A model generated the notes under the pieces. It did no database searches. It was not told where the DNA came from and saw only the letters and a program-made list of their open reading frames with translations. Made by a program: the position numbers and the translations under genes. Positions 25,451 through 38,954 of a DNA stretch of 64,000 nt are shown here, one piece after another. Numbering within the stretch: position 1 is the first letter of the stretch; each line of letters opens with the position of its first letter. The stretch is from Lama guanicoe (taxonomy: Eukaryota). Location of the stretch: NCBI GenBank assembly GCA_013239625.1, contig MU053934.1, positions 7,148,399-7,212,398 on the forward strand, read 5' to 3'.

Positions 25451-28087
25451 TTAGCCCCGGGGGCCTCTGAGAGATCTAAAGACCCCATCTCACACAGTGA
25501 CCTAAAGGAAGCTGCTCTCAGCTGCCATGAGGGTTCCCACAGAAACTGCAGAATTAAATGCTGCAGGACTTTTGCCTTCTTGACCGTCCCAGGCCAGGTC
25601 AGAGGAATCCTTTCACAGGGTCCCTGCCACCTCCCTCATGGCCCGGTACTGCTGTCCCCCGGGCCCCGCCCGCCTGATCTTCTCGTAGCTCCTCCCGCAC
25701 TTGTTGCCATGGACTCGGTGCCTCCATTTAATGACTGCACGAGGGGCAGGGACCCATCATTCTATCCCCAGCACCCAGCTCACGGCATTTGTCCTCCGAG
25801 TTAAAGAAATCAACCCCTTCCAATGCGGTTCTGGAATCTCCCCATGGCTCTGTGTGTTAGTGTGGCTCATCTATCGTTTGTTTGTTCAAGCATGAAGGAA
25901 TCTCTACTTCAGGCCAGGCCCTGGGTGACAGAGGAGATGCAGAGATGAGAGACAGATGGACCCCCGGTCCCTCAAGGGGACAGACCAGGGACAAGGACCA
26001 AACGTGTGATCGGGGCCAAGGTGGGCGAAGGTCCAGGTCTGGCATTTCCCTGCGTAGGGCGGACAGCGCGGCCCAGAGCCAGGGATGAGGAGCCACCTGG
26101 TGCTTTGGCTGGTGACCCCCCCAACAAAGGTGGCTGTGGGAACCAGCGGAAGACAGGCCAGCTGAGGTTTCGCCTTTACTGTTCCATTTGCAGCTTTGTA
26201 ATTCTTGTTGGCATTTTGGCCCACTTTTCAGGCTTAGTTGCATTTTTTTCTCAGGCAGCTGTGCCTTGTTCAGCAGCATCTCCCTGACTGTGTAGCAGCA
26301 GTGCTGGTGAGATGCCTGCAGGGCCAATACCTGGGGCTGCCAGTGCTCCCAGGGCTGCTGGGTTCAAATCCCAGGCCAAGACACCTGGCAGAGGCCTCAG
26401 CTCTGGGGCCTGATTTCCTCGTCTGTGGACTGGGGGTACTGTGAGGGCTGAGTGTTAAAATGTGTAAGGACCTTGGGAGGGTGCCCGGCACGTCGTGAGA
26501 CCTCAGTAAACGTGAGCTGCCGTTACTCCCAGAGCCGCTGAGCCACCGCACTGGCCCTGGGCCCACGTCGGTCAGTGCTGGTGGTCGTGCAGGTCTGACT
26601 AGGCAACGCTGGGAGCGAGTGCGGGGGCTGCAGGGCGAGCGTCATGAGTGCTAACCCTCCTCTCCTCCCGCCCCCGGGCGCCCCTGCATGCTCTGACAGC
26701 TGGCATTCTCTCATCCGGCCCTCGCACGGCAGGCTCCCAGCGCACAGTGAGGTACCAGTTCTATGGTGCTTCCACTTCCACAGTGAGAAGTGCACCGAGT
26801 GAAGGCTCCGTAGGCTCCCAGGGCCCAGAGGAGTGGAAAGCAGCCAGAGCAGCTGAAGATGGCAGAAAGCAGCGTGGGCCGGGAACTGACGTCACGTCAG
26901 GAAAAAGGAAAATAACACAGGAAACAGACAAAACTAATAGGAAAGCTTTCAAGTTGTAAAAATGAAAACGGGTGATTAGTAACATTCATTTCAGTTTGCT
27001 TTTGACAATTCACTGGAAGCAGAAGGAAACATTTTAAGCCCATAAAGTTGCTAGCAAATCCAATAGATAAGATTTAGAAAGAATCAGAAATTAAAATCAA
27101 TCAACCAACAAGTTGGGGGGAAACAACCCTAAGCAAAGGTATTAGAAAACTCGACAAAAGTGAAGACACACAGACACTTCCTACAACCAAAGAGGCACCT
27201 GATGGCCCACCCTGGGGCTGAGCGCCTGCTGAGCACAGAGAGAGGGGCGCCTTTGGACACAGCCCCCCACCGGGGTCCAGAGTGGGGTCGGGTGTGGGGG
27301 TCTGCCCCAGAGATGGAGAGTGGAGGGCGCCCGTCAGCCTGTGCTGGTTGAGTTAGGGCCCGGCACCCACCCTGCCCTGGAGGAGCGGACGCTGGATCTG
27401 GAGTGGCTTTGGGGAGGAGGCAGGGGCAGAAGGAAGGAGCCTGGTGCCCTTTGGGCCCGCGTGGTGTCAGGCCTATCAAGCCTTTCTAGTTAGGTTCTAA
27501 GATAGTGCTTTTCAGATAAAGGAGTGCAACCCATTTTGGTGAATTGCAACCAGCATTTAAAAAAAAAAAAAGACAGGCTAGAAAATCTCCACAGGCAGAG
27601 CTCACGTAACCAGGAGCCACACTGTTCCATAAAACCAGGGCTTCAGCTCCTGGCAACAAAGGTGTGTCAGTGGTAGGTGTGCACATAGTGTGGCTGCAGG
27701 AAGAGACTGAAAGCCACTGCCCTGAGATGAGGCTCTGTGGGCCCAGGTGCACACTGGGCGCTATTCTGGGGTCTCAGCTCCTCTGCCAGTGGAGGGCCTC
27801 TGGGGCCCTGTAGGGCCAGCTGCTTCCAGGGGGAGGTGTGGGGGAGCTTCTCCTGCCCCAGTGCCTCACTGTGCGCAGGTCTCAGCCCTGCTGGGGTAGC
27901 ATCTTGAGCAAAGGCACCCAGGCACCTCACTGTCTTCTAAGCTTTCATGTTGAGCATCTGCTATTTTTGAAATGGGGTCGCACAAATGAAACTAGCAGGA
28001 ACTTTACTGGACTTAAGTAAAGCAACCTCCCACAGCAGGCTGGAGCGCCCGCCCCTCAGGCCAGCGGGGGCGGGGGTGGGCACCTAC

Positions 28088-28284
28088 CAGCCTTGAAGCT
28101 CAGCTCGTCATGCTCCTGGCCTTCGTAGTCATAGAGGGCCCGGACCCGCACTTCTGTCCCGGAGGCGGCATCCTCGTCAAACGGATTTGAGTCCCCATTG
28201 GCGTCCGTGGAGGAGAACGGGTTGTTAGACTCGTCGTCTGACCAGTCCGTGGGGTAGCTCTGCGACTTCTCGTAGCTGCTCACA
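28088..28284 (-). CDS. PACSIN2: PACSIN2 exon 10 (two NPF motifs, SH3 start)
   Basis: ttcag|T GTG ... GCT G|gtaggt; [65 protein letters not shown]; 197 nt. Confidence 0.97.
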
Positions 28285-28775
28285 CTGAAAGAGAAGGTCG
28301 ACCCGGGGAACCTGAGTACAGACGGGGCTGGCAGAGGCCTGAGGCCCTGCCTGGAGCCTTGTCCCTGCCGGGGAAGGCCACGGGATCCCTGGTGCTGGGC
28401 TGGGGACTCCTTCGGCAGGAGCACGGCCCCCTCAGCAGCACTGCGCAGTCAGGCTCCCTGCAGGGCCCGCACCGGCGCCCCGCAGAGGCAGGCCTGGGCT
28501 CTGGCAGGGCACCTGGCACGCCTGTCTTCCTGTGCTGGGTGCCGGGACCTTGACGAGGGTTAATGGAGGGCAGAGAAAAAGCAACACAGATGGTTAACTG
28601 GTGCCCCCCTCCCTGAGAAATCGAGAAGCCAGAGACTGTCCACCAGCCGGCAGCTGGGCCACCTCCTGCAGGCCTCATGCATTGCTTTGAGTGCTGAGGA
28701 GACAAGACCCTGGACAGAGAGAGAGGAGAGACAGCGAGCGAGGTGGGAACCAGAGGGAAACGTTTGTTCACCAAC

Positions 28776-28898
28776 TTTTTGGCCTTAATGTCCTCCTTCT
28801 CACTGACGGTGCTCCCCGTGTCGTCCTCGTCCTCGAAGGGGTTGTAGCTGGACAGTGACTGCGCTGACCGTGCGGGGTTGCTCGGGACACTAAGGTCA
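28776..28898 (-). CDS. PACSIN2: PACSIN2 exon 9 (cassette exon, first NPF motif)
   Basis: cgtag|T GAC CTT ... AAA AA|gttggt; [40 protein letters not shown]; 123 nt, frame-preserving. Confidence 0.92.
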
Positions 28899-30963
28899 CT
28901 ACGGGGAGAGAGAGAGCTTTCAGGGGACCCTAGCTCGGCGGCCCCCGTGGTCCTGAGTGCTCCCAGCTACAGGATCACAGGGCTAGGGTCTGAAGGGACA
29001 AATCAGCTCCCTGTCCAATGGGAGGATATACTGTTTGAGCAGACAGATTGTTTTAGCAAAACACTTGCAATACTGTGGCTGTTAAACACACTTAAAGCGT
29101 TTAAGAGAACAAGATTTCCACATCCTCTCCTTGCGCCTCAACGCAGTCTGTCCTGAACAGGAAGAGCCCCGGGGTGGGGACGGGCTACCGCTGGAGCACA
29201 AGTGCTTCTCTCCATAGTCCTCCCAGCCTGGCCCTCGTTCCCGCTGCTGACAGCTGGCAGGCCGGCCAGCCTGAGGGGCTCAGAGCCCTGCTGAGAGAAG
29301 GAAGGAGGCTCCCAGAGTTCTCCAGACCCTATGGCAGGGTGCACCCTCTCCTTCTAACTACAAGAAACCTCCTCCCTGGCTCTTCTGGGTCTGGAGCTTC
29401 CAAAATCAGAACCAAAGCCTGCTGAACAGCACTTTCTAGGAAGAAAGAAGGACCCCTTTTGTGCTCCAGAGAGGGAAAATCCATCTGCACAACTATCTCA
29501 ACTTCCTACAGTGTGCCAGGCCCAGAGGGGACCAGAGAAACTTGACCCCAGCCAGGCCTAAGCGCTGACAGCCAGGGGCGGTGAGATGCAGTGACTGCAG
29601 GTGCTAAGCGTAGAACAAAGTGGTAAGGAAATAAGACAGGCCCCCAAGAGCCAGGTGCTCCATTGTGGACTCCGAGCTGACGGACCAGAACACCAAGTCG
29701 CAGGACGGGGCTCCAAAGGCCAACACTACCTCCTGCCTCCAAGCCCAGGGCAGCATGGCGTGGGCACTCAAAATGCTGGGTGGATGGCTCAGTCTGAGCA
29801 GGGAGGGGAGAGGAGGGAAGCAAATGCCTCAAATGCCAGCAGTGACCCCAAATGGCCATCAGTTTCAGGCCTGGCAAGGGGCACTGGGCCTAAGCCTGCC
29901 CACTGCCTACATCTGGACCACATGTCTGAGACCATCAGGTCCTCCTCCCTCCTGGCACTTTCTTCAGCTGACTTTGAGCGGGGTTGGGGGGGGAGCCAGT
30001 GCTGTGCAGCTGAATTTGTACAAGAGCCCTGGGCAGCCTAGCCTTCTGGGTCCCTGCCCCCAGTCACACAGGTGCTAACCTGACCCCTGGCACAGGGCTC
30101 ACTGCTCTAGTCACCTGACCAAGCCCGCCTGGCACAGCAGCTGAATGATGATCAGCCACATCTGCCCAGGGAGCCTGGGCAGGGACTGCAGGGCCCAGGG
30201 CTACAGAAAGGCCCCCAGAACCTGTGCTGGCCTTCCAAGGAAGCTGCAAGCCTGAGATGTATGCCCCGAGCATGGCTCGGAGGCTCCGGGCCTGGGGCCT
30301 GTGGGGCAGGCATGGCTTCCAGAGAGGGCAGCTCGCAGCTGCAGCTCTGTAGGGGACAGCAACACCTACCTGCTGGGGACTCTGAGGCCTCACCAGCACA
30401 ACTTCCCACGAGGTTCTAATGATCTCATTGCCACCTCTGTGGTCCAAACTCAGTTTTAGCGAATGAGGTCAGAAATAACCAATGCTCTCAGCAAAGAGGT
30501 AATTTGAAAAAGAGTACACTTGGCAATGCTCCACCCTCAAATCGGGCCCTGCATACAGCATGGGGAAGTACAAACCTGGTTAGGACACCTGGGCCTGCCT
30601 GAAGGACACCAGTGACCATCACCTCCACCTGCCCGTGTGCACCTCTGGGGACAGGTAGTGACTAGCACCTGACGGCAGTTCCTGCCATCGCTTGGGGCCC
30701 AAAGCACGTTTGTGGCCCAAGCAGGCTCCTCTCTGGATCTTCCTGCAGCTCTGGCATCAGGTGGACTGATGACTCTCCCCAGAGATGCCCTTGGGCCGCT
30801 GCCCAGCAAAGCTCGGACACCCAGGGAGTGTCTGGAATGATGCCCCGGGCTTCCCTGCAAGGCCGCGCTGGGGAATCTCCCAGGTGTCCCAGCTGGGGAT
30901 GTCCCAGCCGGAGCAGAGGACCCAGGGACCTTTCCCGAGGGCCCGAGGCTGCCCCGTGCCCAC

Positions 30964-31082
30964 CTGCCAGGCTTGTTCTGCAGAGCCTGGTCGCCTGTCT
31001 GGTTGATGCCCATCAGGGTGACGCCATCACTCTTCTTCTTCTCTCTCCGGCTGAGTGTACGATTCAGGTCTGCAGACCACTC
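30964..31082 (-). CDS. PACSIN2: PACSIN2 exon 8
   Basis: cccag|GAG TGG ... GGC AG|gtgggc; [39 protein letters not shown]; 119 nt. Confidence 0.95.
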
Positions 31083-32453
31083 CTGGGCAACGGGCAGCGG
31101 GGGAGAGAAGTCAGGAAGTTCACTTGTGGCAGTCTGAAACACTGGCCAGCGAGCCAGCGGCCTGCCCCACACAGTGACATTTAGCCTCGCTGCCTCTGCT
31201 AGCCCGTTTCTGAGCAGACTTCAGGCTCCTGACACCCACCACGGACCACTCCTCACCATGCGAGGTGGGGCCTCCTCGAGGCCTGGAGATCAGTACCAGG
31301 CCCAGCTCCAGCCTGTGCTGGCCCAGCCTCCAGGGACGGGTGGATGATGAGAAGACTGGGGTTGACACTCAGGGGTCCTGCATCCCAGTCCCGGAGAGCC
31401 TCCCCGTCCCTGCCCCTGCCCCCGTGGCACTCAGTCTCTGGCCCCTCAGGCCAGCAGCAGCAGCCAGAGGCCTCGCTGTTTCCCCAGGTCTCCAAAGCAG
31501 ACAGAGCCCACCCTCCAAAGGGCTTGGCCTTCAGTGCTGAAGACCCTCCCTCCTGCCCTGAACTGTCTGGTTCCCAGTGAGGAGGCAAGAGAGCTGGCTG
31601 CGGGGAATGAGCCCTGGATGCAAACAGAAGCAGGGGCCAGGGAGCTCCTCCATCACTGAGGGGGAAACCCATCCACTCGAGTCTCCGGGGAACGGCACCC
31701 TCCCCTGCCCCAGAACTTCCTCTTCCGTCGGAGCAGCGTGCTGAGGGCCAACAAAGCAAAGCACAGAGCTGATCTTCCTGAAGGTTCACTATTTTTCCAG
31801 CACGTGAACAGGCTTTTATCAACTGCACTGAAAACACTGGGAGAGACTTATTTTCCAGAAAAGCACATGTGCACACATGTTTAATGAATCCGTCCCCCAC
31901 CCTACTTCCACCCATTATCTGACAACTTTAATGGAATTAACACTTGGTGTGACTGAGCCCACAGCTTTGCTCACGTGTAGTCATAGAATTTCAAGGCTGG
32001 AAACCATCTTAGAAACATCAAGTGTAACCTGCCAATTTGTCAGATGAGGGAACTGAGGCCCAGAAAGAAAAAGTGACTTGCTCACACAGAGTTGGCAGCA
32101 GATCTGGGCCCCTGTCACCTATTTGTATGTTAATTATTTTCTTAACTAAAATAAGTTGACTGAGAGCTCAGCTGAAACTTCAGAGTCCCCACAGTGGCCT
32201 TTTGAATATAAATCCGTCCTGATGGGGTGGCTTCCAACGGCCAACGAGATCAACACCAGGCCGACTGTGAAGGGAAGGGCCCACTATTATAATCTGGACA
32301 ACAAAACAGCCTGTGCTAGGCTGCAGCCATGTTTTTTTAACAGCACATGCTGCCAGAACCAGAATACGGACGCTGCACGCAGACCCACGTGGGCTGAGCA
32401 CACAACACAGGAGGTTTGGGATTCAGTAAGTTAGCCATAAAATAGAAACTTAC

Positions 32454-32459
32454 TTCGTC
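32454..32459 (-). CDS. PACSIN2: PACSIN2 6-nt microexon (Asp-Glu) in intron 7
   Basis: ctaat...ttttttttt cccaTGCcacaag|GACGAA|gtaagt; phase 0/0 like intron 7; gives WPQFE-DE-EWSAD. Confidence 0.75.
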
Positions 32460-33851
32460 CTTGTGGCATGGGAAAAAAAAATAATTTCATTAGAGAAAGG
32501 AAGTCAAGCAAGATCCTGTAAGAGCTGCAAGCACGTGTCACGTGCAGGGTCCCCAGCCTGAAGGGTCCACAGAGAGAAGGACCACCATGGGCTCTGACCA
32601 GGACACCCACCCCAGTGAGACTTCCTGTCAAGCCTTCCTTTCCAGACCATTCTGTTCTCTGGGTAGTGACGAACAACCCTAAGGGACCTGGGGGTTGGAG
32701 GGGGTGCATATCCCGGGGTTTCCTGAGCCTCTCCTGACAGCAACAACCACACCCCCCGTGGGGTGGAATCCAGCTGTGTGCACAAGACCCATCACCAACT
32801 CGCTTCTTCCCCGTGTGCCGTCACCCAGGGGAGGAGAAGCTGGGCTGTGTGCTTTCTCCTCTAGGCCCACTTCCACTTGGGAAGGCCTAGGGCCCCTGCT
32901 TTGTCCCAGTGCCTCCATGAAGAGACATAGCCTGCTCTTGGCCCCCCCGGAAGCAGATATCCTAAAGACAGTGTTGGGGGTGTGCTCAGCTGCAGGGACC
33001 ACACTGTCATATAGAGAAGCTTTCTTGGGAATCAGAAAACAGAGGCACAGGTATGAGGACTAACAAAACTACAGGCTAAGACAGGGCCTGTGTGGTGGGC
33101 CCAGGGGCAGTACCCACTGTGGACCAGGTCACTGACCCCCAGCCACCGAGAAGCTTAGTGCTGTTATCATCCCATTTCACACATGGGAAAACTAAGTCAC
33201 AAAAAGGGCAATGACTTGCTCAGCATCCCACAGCTGATACGTGGCGAGGCAGGATCTCAGTGCAGCCTGGGCTCTGGCAGCGACTGAGTCAGGAAAAGCC
33301 ACGTGACCTGGGCCCAAGGCAGAGGGGGTCGCCTCCAGCGTCCTCCCTCAGGGAGGCAGTAGCCATGGGCGTGTGGGGCCCCTCTCAGCCCCTGCTTCAC
33401 CACAAGACAGGAGACTGGTAGCCACTGCCTTCTCTGCTACCATCAGAGGGCCAGGTGGGGCCTGGGGACCCAGTTCTAGGGCTGGAAGAGTCTCAAGATT
33501 CCCCAGGCCCTCAAATTCTGCATATAAAGATACTGAACAGCTTGGTCCCACGAAAATGGGAAAGGGGAAAGTTAATCCTACACCAAAATTGGTTGAACTT
33601 ATATAAGGAAATAAGGAGAAGACCCTCATGTGAAGGGTAAGAATGGCTACACGCTGGGGCCACGCTCCCCGTCTGTCCTGGACCAGAGGCCGCTGAGCTG
33701 GTGCCCTGGGCCCAGCGGGCCTGGAGTGCACTGTGCCTACTCCCTTCCTGGCTATCTCACAGGGTTGAGCGGGGAACCAGGGCTCCTGCATGTCCTGCAG
33801 CTCCTGGGACTCACCACGAAGGGAATGCCAGTGGCCAACAAGTGACCATCA

Positions 33852-34205
<354 letters not shown>

Positions 34206-34861
34206 TCAGAGAGAAGTATGACTCTTTTGGAAGGAAGAGAAGGCCACTACTATCCCTGCCCAGCGTCTGGCCAAGCTGGCGCCATGGTCTGCAGCTACAC
34301 TACAGTCAACTTCACAGTGCAGATCAGACACCCTGTCCTGGCTCAGCTGGACGGTCAGCTGGCCACGATGCACCCAGAAAGGAGTCAACAACAACCGTGG
34401 CATGGAAGCCACAGCTCCAGCTTCTGACAAATCAGCTTTAAATCAAACCAGGTGGCAGCAACTTGGCTTTGCTCTGTGTCAGATAATACAAAAGGTACCA
34501 GCATCTGGGCCACATGGGCCATCAACCTGTGTGGTCCCATCTAATCAGGTCCAGAACTGAGTGTCAGGGAAGTTCCCCTCACCCCTTCAGGAGAGCTAGA
34601 AGGCTTACACTCAGATGTGCAGGAGCAGTCCAGGAAGACTGCCTGGTGCTGTGGTGGCCACAGAACCTGCCAGCTACCTTGGGGACCTGCTTCTGCTTGA
34701 CAGCTCAGAGCAGCTTGCCTCCCTACGAAGCCGACTGTGTTGGATGGGAGTATGGACCATGGCGGGTCCTGGTGTTCTCACTTCTAATCTGTATGGCTGG
34801 CAAGTCATTTACCTTCTCAGGGCCTTGGTGTCCTCCTCTGTTGCATGAGCATAATGCTACA

Positions 34862-35286
34862 TGTTACCGGTTGAAAACTGTGTACTCCAAAAAAGATACG
34901 TTGAAGTCCTAACCCCAGTACCTCAGAACGTGACCTTACTTGGAAGCAGAGTCTTTACAGAGGTGACCAAGTTAAAATGAGATCATTAGGTTGGGCCCTA
35001 ATCTATGGGCACCTTTTTATAAAAAGGGGGAAATTTGGACACAGAGACAGTGAGAGGATGGCCATGTGACTGGAGTGACGTGTCTCCAAGTCCAGGAAGG
35101 CCAAAAAGTGACGCCAAACACCAAAAGCTGGAAGAGGCAAGGAAGGATCCTCCCTAGGGAAGAGCTGCCAGAGGGAGCGAGGCCCTGCTGACACCTTGAT
35201 TTCAGACCCACAAGAGAATAAATGTCTGTTGTTTGAAGCTGCCCAGGTTGTGGAGTCTGTTATGGCAGCACTAGGACACCACTGCA
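34862..35286 (+). mobile_element. MaLR MLT1(C-like) solo LTR inserted in a MIR
   Basis: tgttaccggttgaaaactgtgt...gaagtcctaaccccagtacctcagaacgtgacctta...gttatggcagcactagga; MIR halves on both sides. Confidence 0.85.
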
Positions 35287-36237
35287 CCACCTGCTCCCCA
35301 GACGGGCCGGAGGACTAAGCGAGGAAGCGTGTCAGGCGAGGACAAGCGCTTCCACGAGGGGTGTCACACCACACCTGGAAGAACCTGGCAGCCCCAGCCA
35401 GCCGTGCAGCCTGGGCAAGTCATTTCAATGCGTCCAGCCTCAGTTTCCTCAACAGTAAGGTGGGGGATGATGCCACCTATTTTATAGACACTCATAAGAT
35501 TAATTAATTGGAGCAGAGTAGCTGTACAATGATGGTTGCATTTGAGTTTTTTATACTAGAGGGAGACAAAAGGAAGGTAATCTCCTATTAACAACAAAAT
35601 TTGACCTGTGAGTCATTTCTAAATGGCTCTGTTATATGGATGACAGAAGTCTAGGTCCAGGGTGAGCCCAGACCACTGCCCTGATGAAGGGGTCATGGGA
35701 CCAAAGAGGAGGAAAGTGCAGAAGAAAGATAATGGCTTCCGTGTTCCATTCAGAACTGAGTCCCTGAGGGTCTGTGCTTCTCGAGGGCCCTGAACCACTA
35801 AAAAGTCAAGGAGCAAGCTGGTGGCCAGTTGCTCTGGATGGAAAGGACCTCATAAAGGTCCTCAAAGTAAGCCCACACCAGGGGCAGGGTGTGCCAGCCC
35901 AGGAACTGCTGGAGTCGCTCCCAGGTTGATTTCAAACATGCAGCTGTCTCTGGTCCGAGCCACGGCCCTCCCTTCCTGCCCAGACGCAGAGGACTGAGCC
36001 TGGGGCGGGCAGAGTGTGGCCAGACACCGTCTGACTCAGGCCAGCAGTAGCTGTTCCAGGCAGAGGGCACTGCACAGCTGCAGAAAGACTTGGCCAAAGG
36101 GCCCTCCCTGGGCAGGAGAACTTAAGACCTCCTGACAAGCACTACCACTCGACAGCTGGGGAGCCCAACCGACCTCTGTCCAGAAGCAGCTTTCCACTGA
36201 CTCCATCAGGACTCACTTCCCACTGACGTGCACTTAC

Positions 36238-36413
36238 CTGGCCATGTTCGACAGGTCTAGGTGCTTCTGAACCTCCAGCAGAACCTCCCGGAAGAAGCGC
36301 AGGCGCTTCTCCTCAAACTGCTGGCACTGCTCGAACACCTGCTCCATGCCCTCCATGTACTGGGGGGTGCTCTGGCCCAGCTCCTTCAGGGACTTCTCGT
36401 ACTTCTCTTTGGT
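36238..36413 (-). CDS. PACSIN2: PACSIN2 exon 6 (F-BAR)
   Basis: cgtag|ACC AAA GAG ... GCC AG|gtaagt; [58 protein letters not shown]; 176 nt. Confidence 0.97.
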
Positions 36414-38656
36414 CTACGAGAAAACCCACGCACACGAGATGCAGCCTGGCTCCCTCTGAGCAAGAGCAAGCAAGCGAGCCCGGCTCCGCACCACCCTGTT
36501 TGTCACCCAGCCACTGTCCCTCTCTACACTTCTAACCCATCAGCATCCAGATGGTGACAATTCTCAGGTGACGATATGAAGTCCGACACTTTGGGTGACC
36601 CCACATTCAAGGAGCACCCTGACCTATTTCCTTTGCACCCTAAATTCCTCGCCAGAGGACTCACACCCCACCTCTGCTCCTGAGGGGCATTCCCACCCAG
36701 CCTGGCCTGTGGAAATATTTGGGAAGCAGCCCCCAACACCCTACACACGCAGGCCTCCTGGCTCATCTTGGGTGTCCTCTCCACCACCAGTGTCATCCTT
36801 AAGGAAAGCTTCTCAGGCCTCCTCAGATTCCAAAACATAAAGAGCATGAGCTCTGGGGTCTGACAATTCAAGTCCCGGCCCCTCCACTTCTGAAATGTAA
36901 ATCATGCTCCTGGCATCTGCCAGGCCTCTCAGCTGGAGCAAGACCCAAACAGGCAGACGCTGGGGAAGGGCCGGTCACTCGGAGGATCACTGCCTCGCTG
37001 TTCCCCGTTCACGTTACACACACATGTCCTCTCTCCCCTGGGGACAAGCTGTCCTGGGTCACCCTTGAGCCTTGGATCTTGCCCACAGCAGCAGTGGCTC
37101 AACAGCTACCACAGAGGCAAGATCACAAGGCTTTAAGCACCAACCAGACCTGGGGCCAGATCCTGGCGCCTCTCTTTTCCTGGAGCCTCACTCTCCTTCC
37201 CAGAAAGCGGAGAACTTTCACTGCACAGTGTTCTGGCCCAGCCCCAGTCCTAGGGCAGCTGCAGGTGGTAGGGAGCTGCTCCCCAAGGGGTTGTGATGCT
37301 TGCTCTAAGCAACGACCTCCCCTCTCCCACCTTGCCTTGCTACGTGACGACAGCCGTGAGGAGCAGTGGAGAGGGCATGGGCTTTCACATCACTGGGCAG
37401 CACAGGACTGAACCTCTCTGACCTTCGTTTACCCAGTCACAAAACAGAGATGCCACCACCTAATTCCCTGGGGCTCAGTGATGCTTGTCTGAGGCCTGAA
37501 AACGTGGGCAGGTCGTGATGCACCAGCCCGGGACGCCTGTTTCCCCAGTCGGCGTCTTGACCTGTTCCTGAAGCCCAGCTCCTTTTTCTCCAAATCCAGC
37601 CTGGGACTGTCTTCTGCAAACACTGCAGCGGGGCAGGCCCTTGACAGTTGCAGCCTCCAGCCACCCAGCGCTTAGAACAGAGCAAAGGAGGCAGGTGGGG
37701 CCAGGGGCCAAGGTGGGAGCCAATTAAACAGGCCCAGATCCTTGCTCCCATCAGCCCTCACTTCCTGGGAACTTTCAAATTACAAGACGCTGTCTAGTGT
37801 TTAAATCCTGTGATTCAGACCTGCCTGCAGAATCACTGCCTGCATCTGTGGAGCCCGTGACAGTTTACACGATCATCCCATTTGATCTCACTGATCCAGT
37901 GCGGCAGAAAGCCTTCCCCCTTCACAGCAGAAGAAACTGAAGGGTACCCAGGACGCTACATTGCCTGTTTTCCATCTTTTCTTGACTGAAAGGCCCTTTC
38001 CCACCACCCATGAGCTCCCACAGCCTCTGCCCACACCCCTTTGGGGGCCCTCACTGCCAAGGCTGCTGGAGAAATCCACCCCTTCCCAGCCCTCAAGTTC
38101 CTTATGGTCACAGGGCACAGGCTTTTCAGCGTATTCTCCCACCTCCACCCCTCCTTGGAGACTCCCTTCTAAACCAGCCGTTTTGGTCCTCCACACCTCT
38201 GCCCTCCCCTCCCAGGCTCTAGAACCTTCTACTAGTGGCTCCCCTATCAGCAATGTCCCAAACTCCTTACTTTGCCCAACTTTCAAGGCCATTGGCAATG
38301 TGGGCCTCATAACTTTCCATACCAGCTCATCGTCAGCTCCCTGCTGTTGACCCTCACAGCTCCGCGTCCTGCACAAGCTATTCCTTCCTGCCTCCCTGCC
38401 TGCAGCAACCCCAGCCGCCCCACCACCTTGTTCCTTGGGTGCGGGAATCACCTGGTCCCCTTGCCTGCCTAGCCCACGGCTCTGCCCCAGTCCTGAGGTG
38501 GGCACAGATGGCTCTGGTCAGGGCAGGAATGTGTTTTACTGATGCAGCCGTCTATCCACCCATCTGACCAAGCGGCAACAAAGGTTCACTATGTGCCAGG
38601 AATGTGAATGGGCGAGGCGTGTGCTTTCAACACGCAACAAGAAGTGCACAATTTAC

Positions 38657-38812
38657 CTTAAGAACGTCTTGCTTAGATTTTTCTACTTTGTCTTGCAATT
38701 TCTTAAGCTGTTCAGGGTTGAGGGATGGATCTGCCTTGCTGTTGGTTTCTCGCGATATTGCCAGCTTCTCTTCTTTGCACGCCGCGTGGTACGCTTTCTT
38801 TGCTGCTTCTAC
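38657..38812 (-). CDS. PACSIN2: PACSIN2 exon 5 (F-BAR)
   Basis: tgtag|GTA GAA ... CTT AAG|gtaaat; [52 protein letters not shown]; 156 nt. Confidence 0.97.
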
Positions 38813-38954
38813 CTACAGGGAGAACGAGTTCCTGAACATGAAAATCCTCACCAGGGGTTACAAACTAGGGGAGTGCTTGTGCTGCCAAGAGGGGAGGAAA
38901 GAGCAGGTACAAAGCTGTACGTTCAGTATAATCACAACTAGTTAAAACAGGAGT

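Noticed and set aside
30537..31915. 211-aa and 220-aa minus-strand ORFs
   Set aside because: Only the exon 8 part is homologous to PACSIN2; the rest is GC-rich intron read-through.
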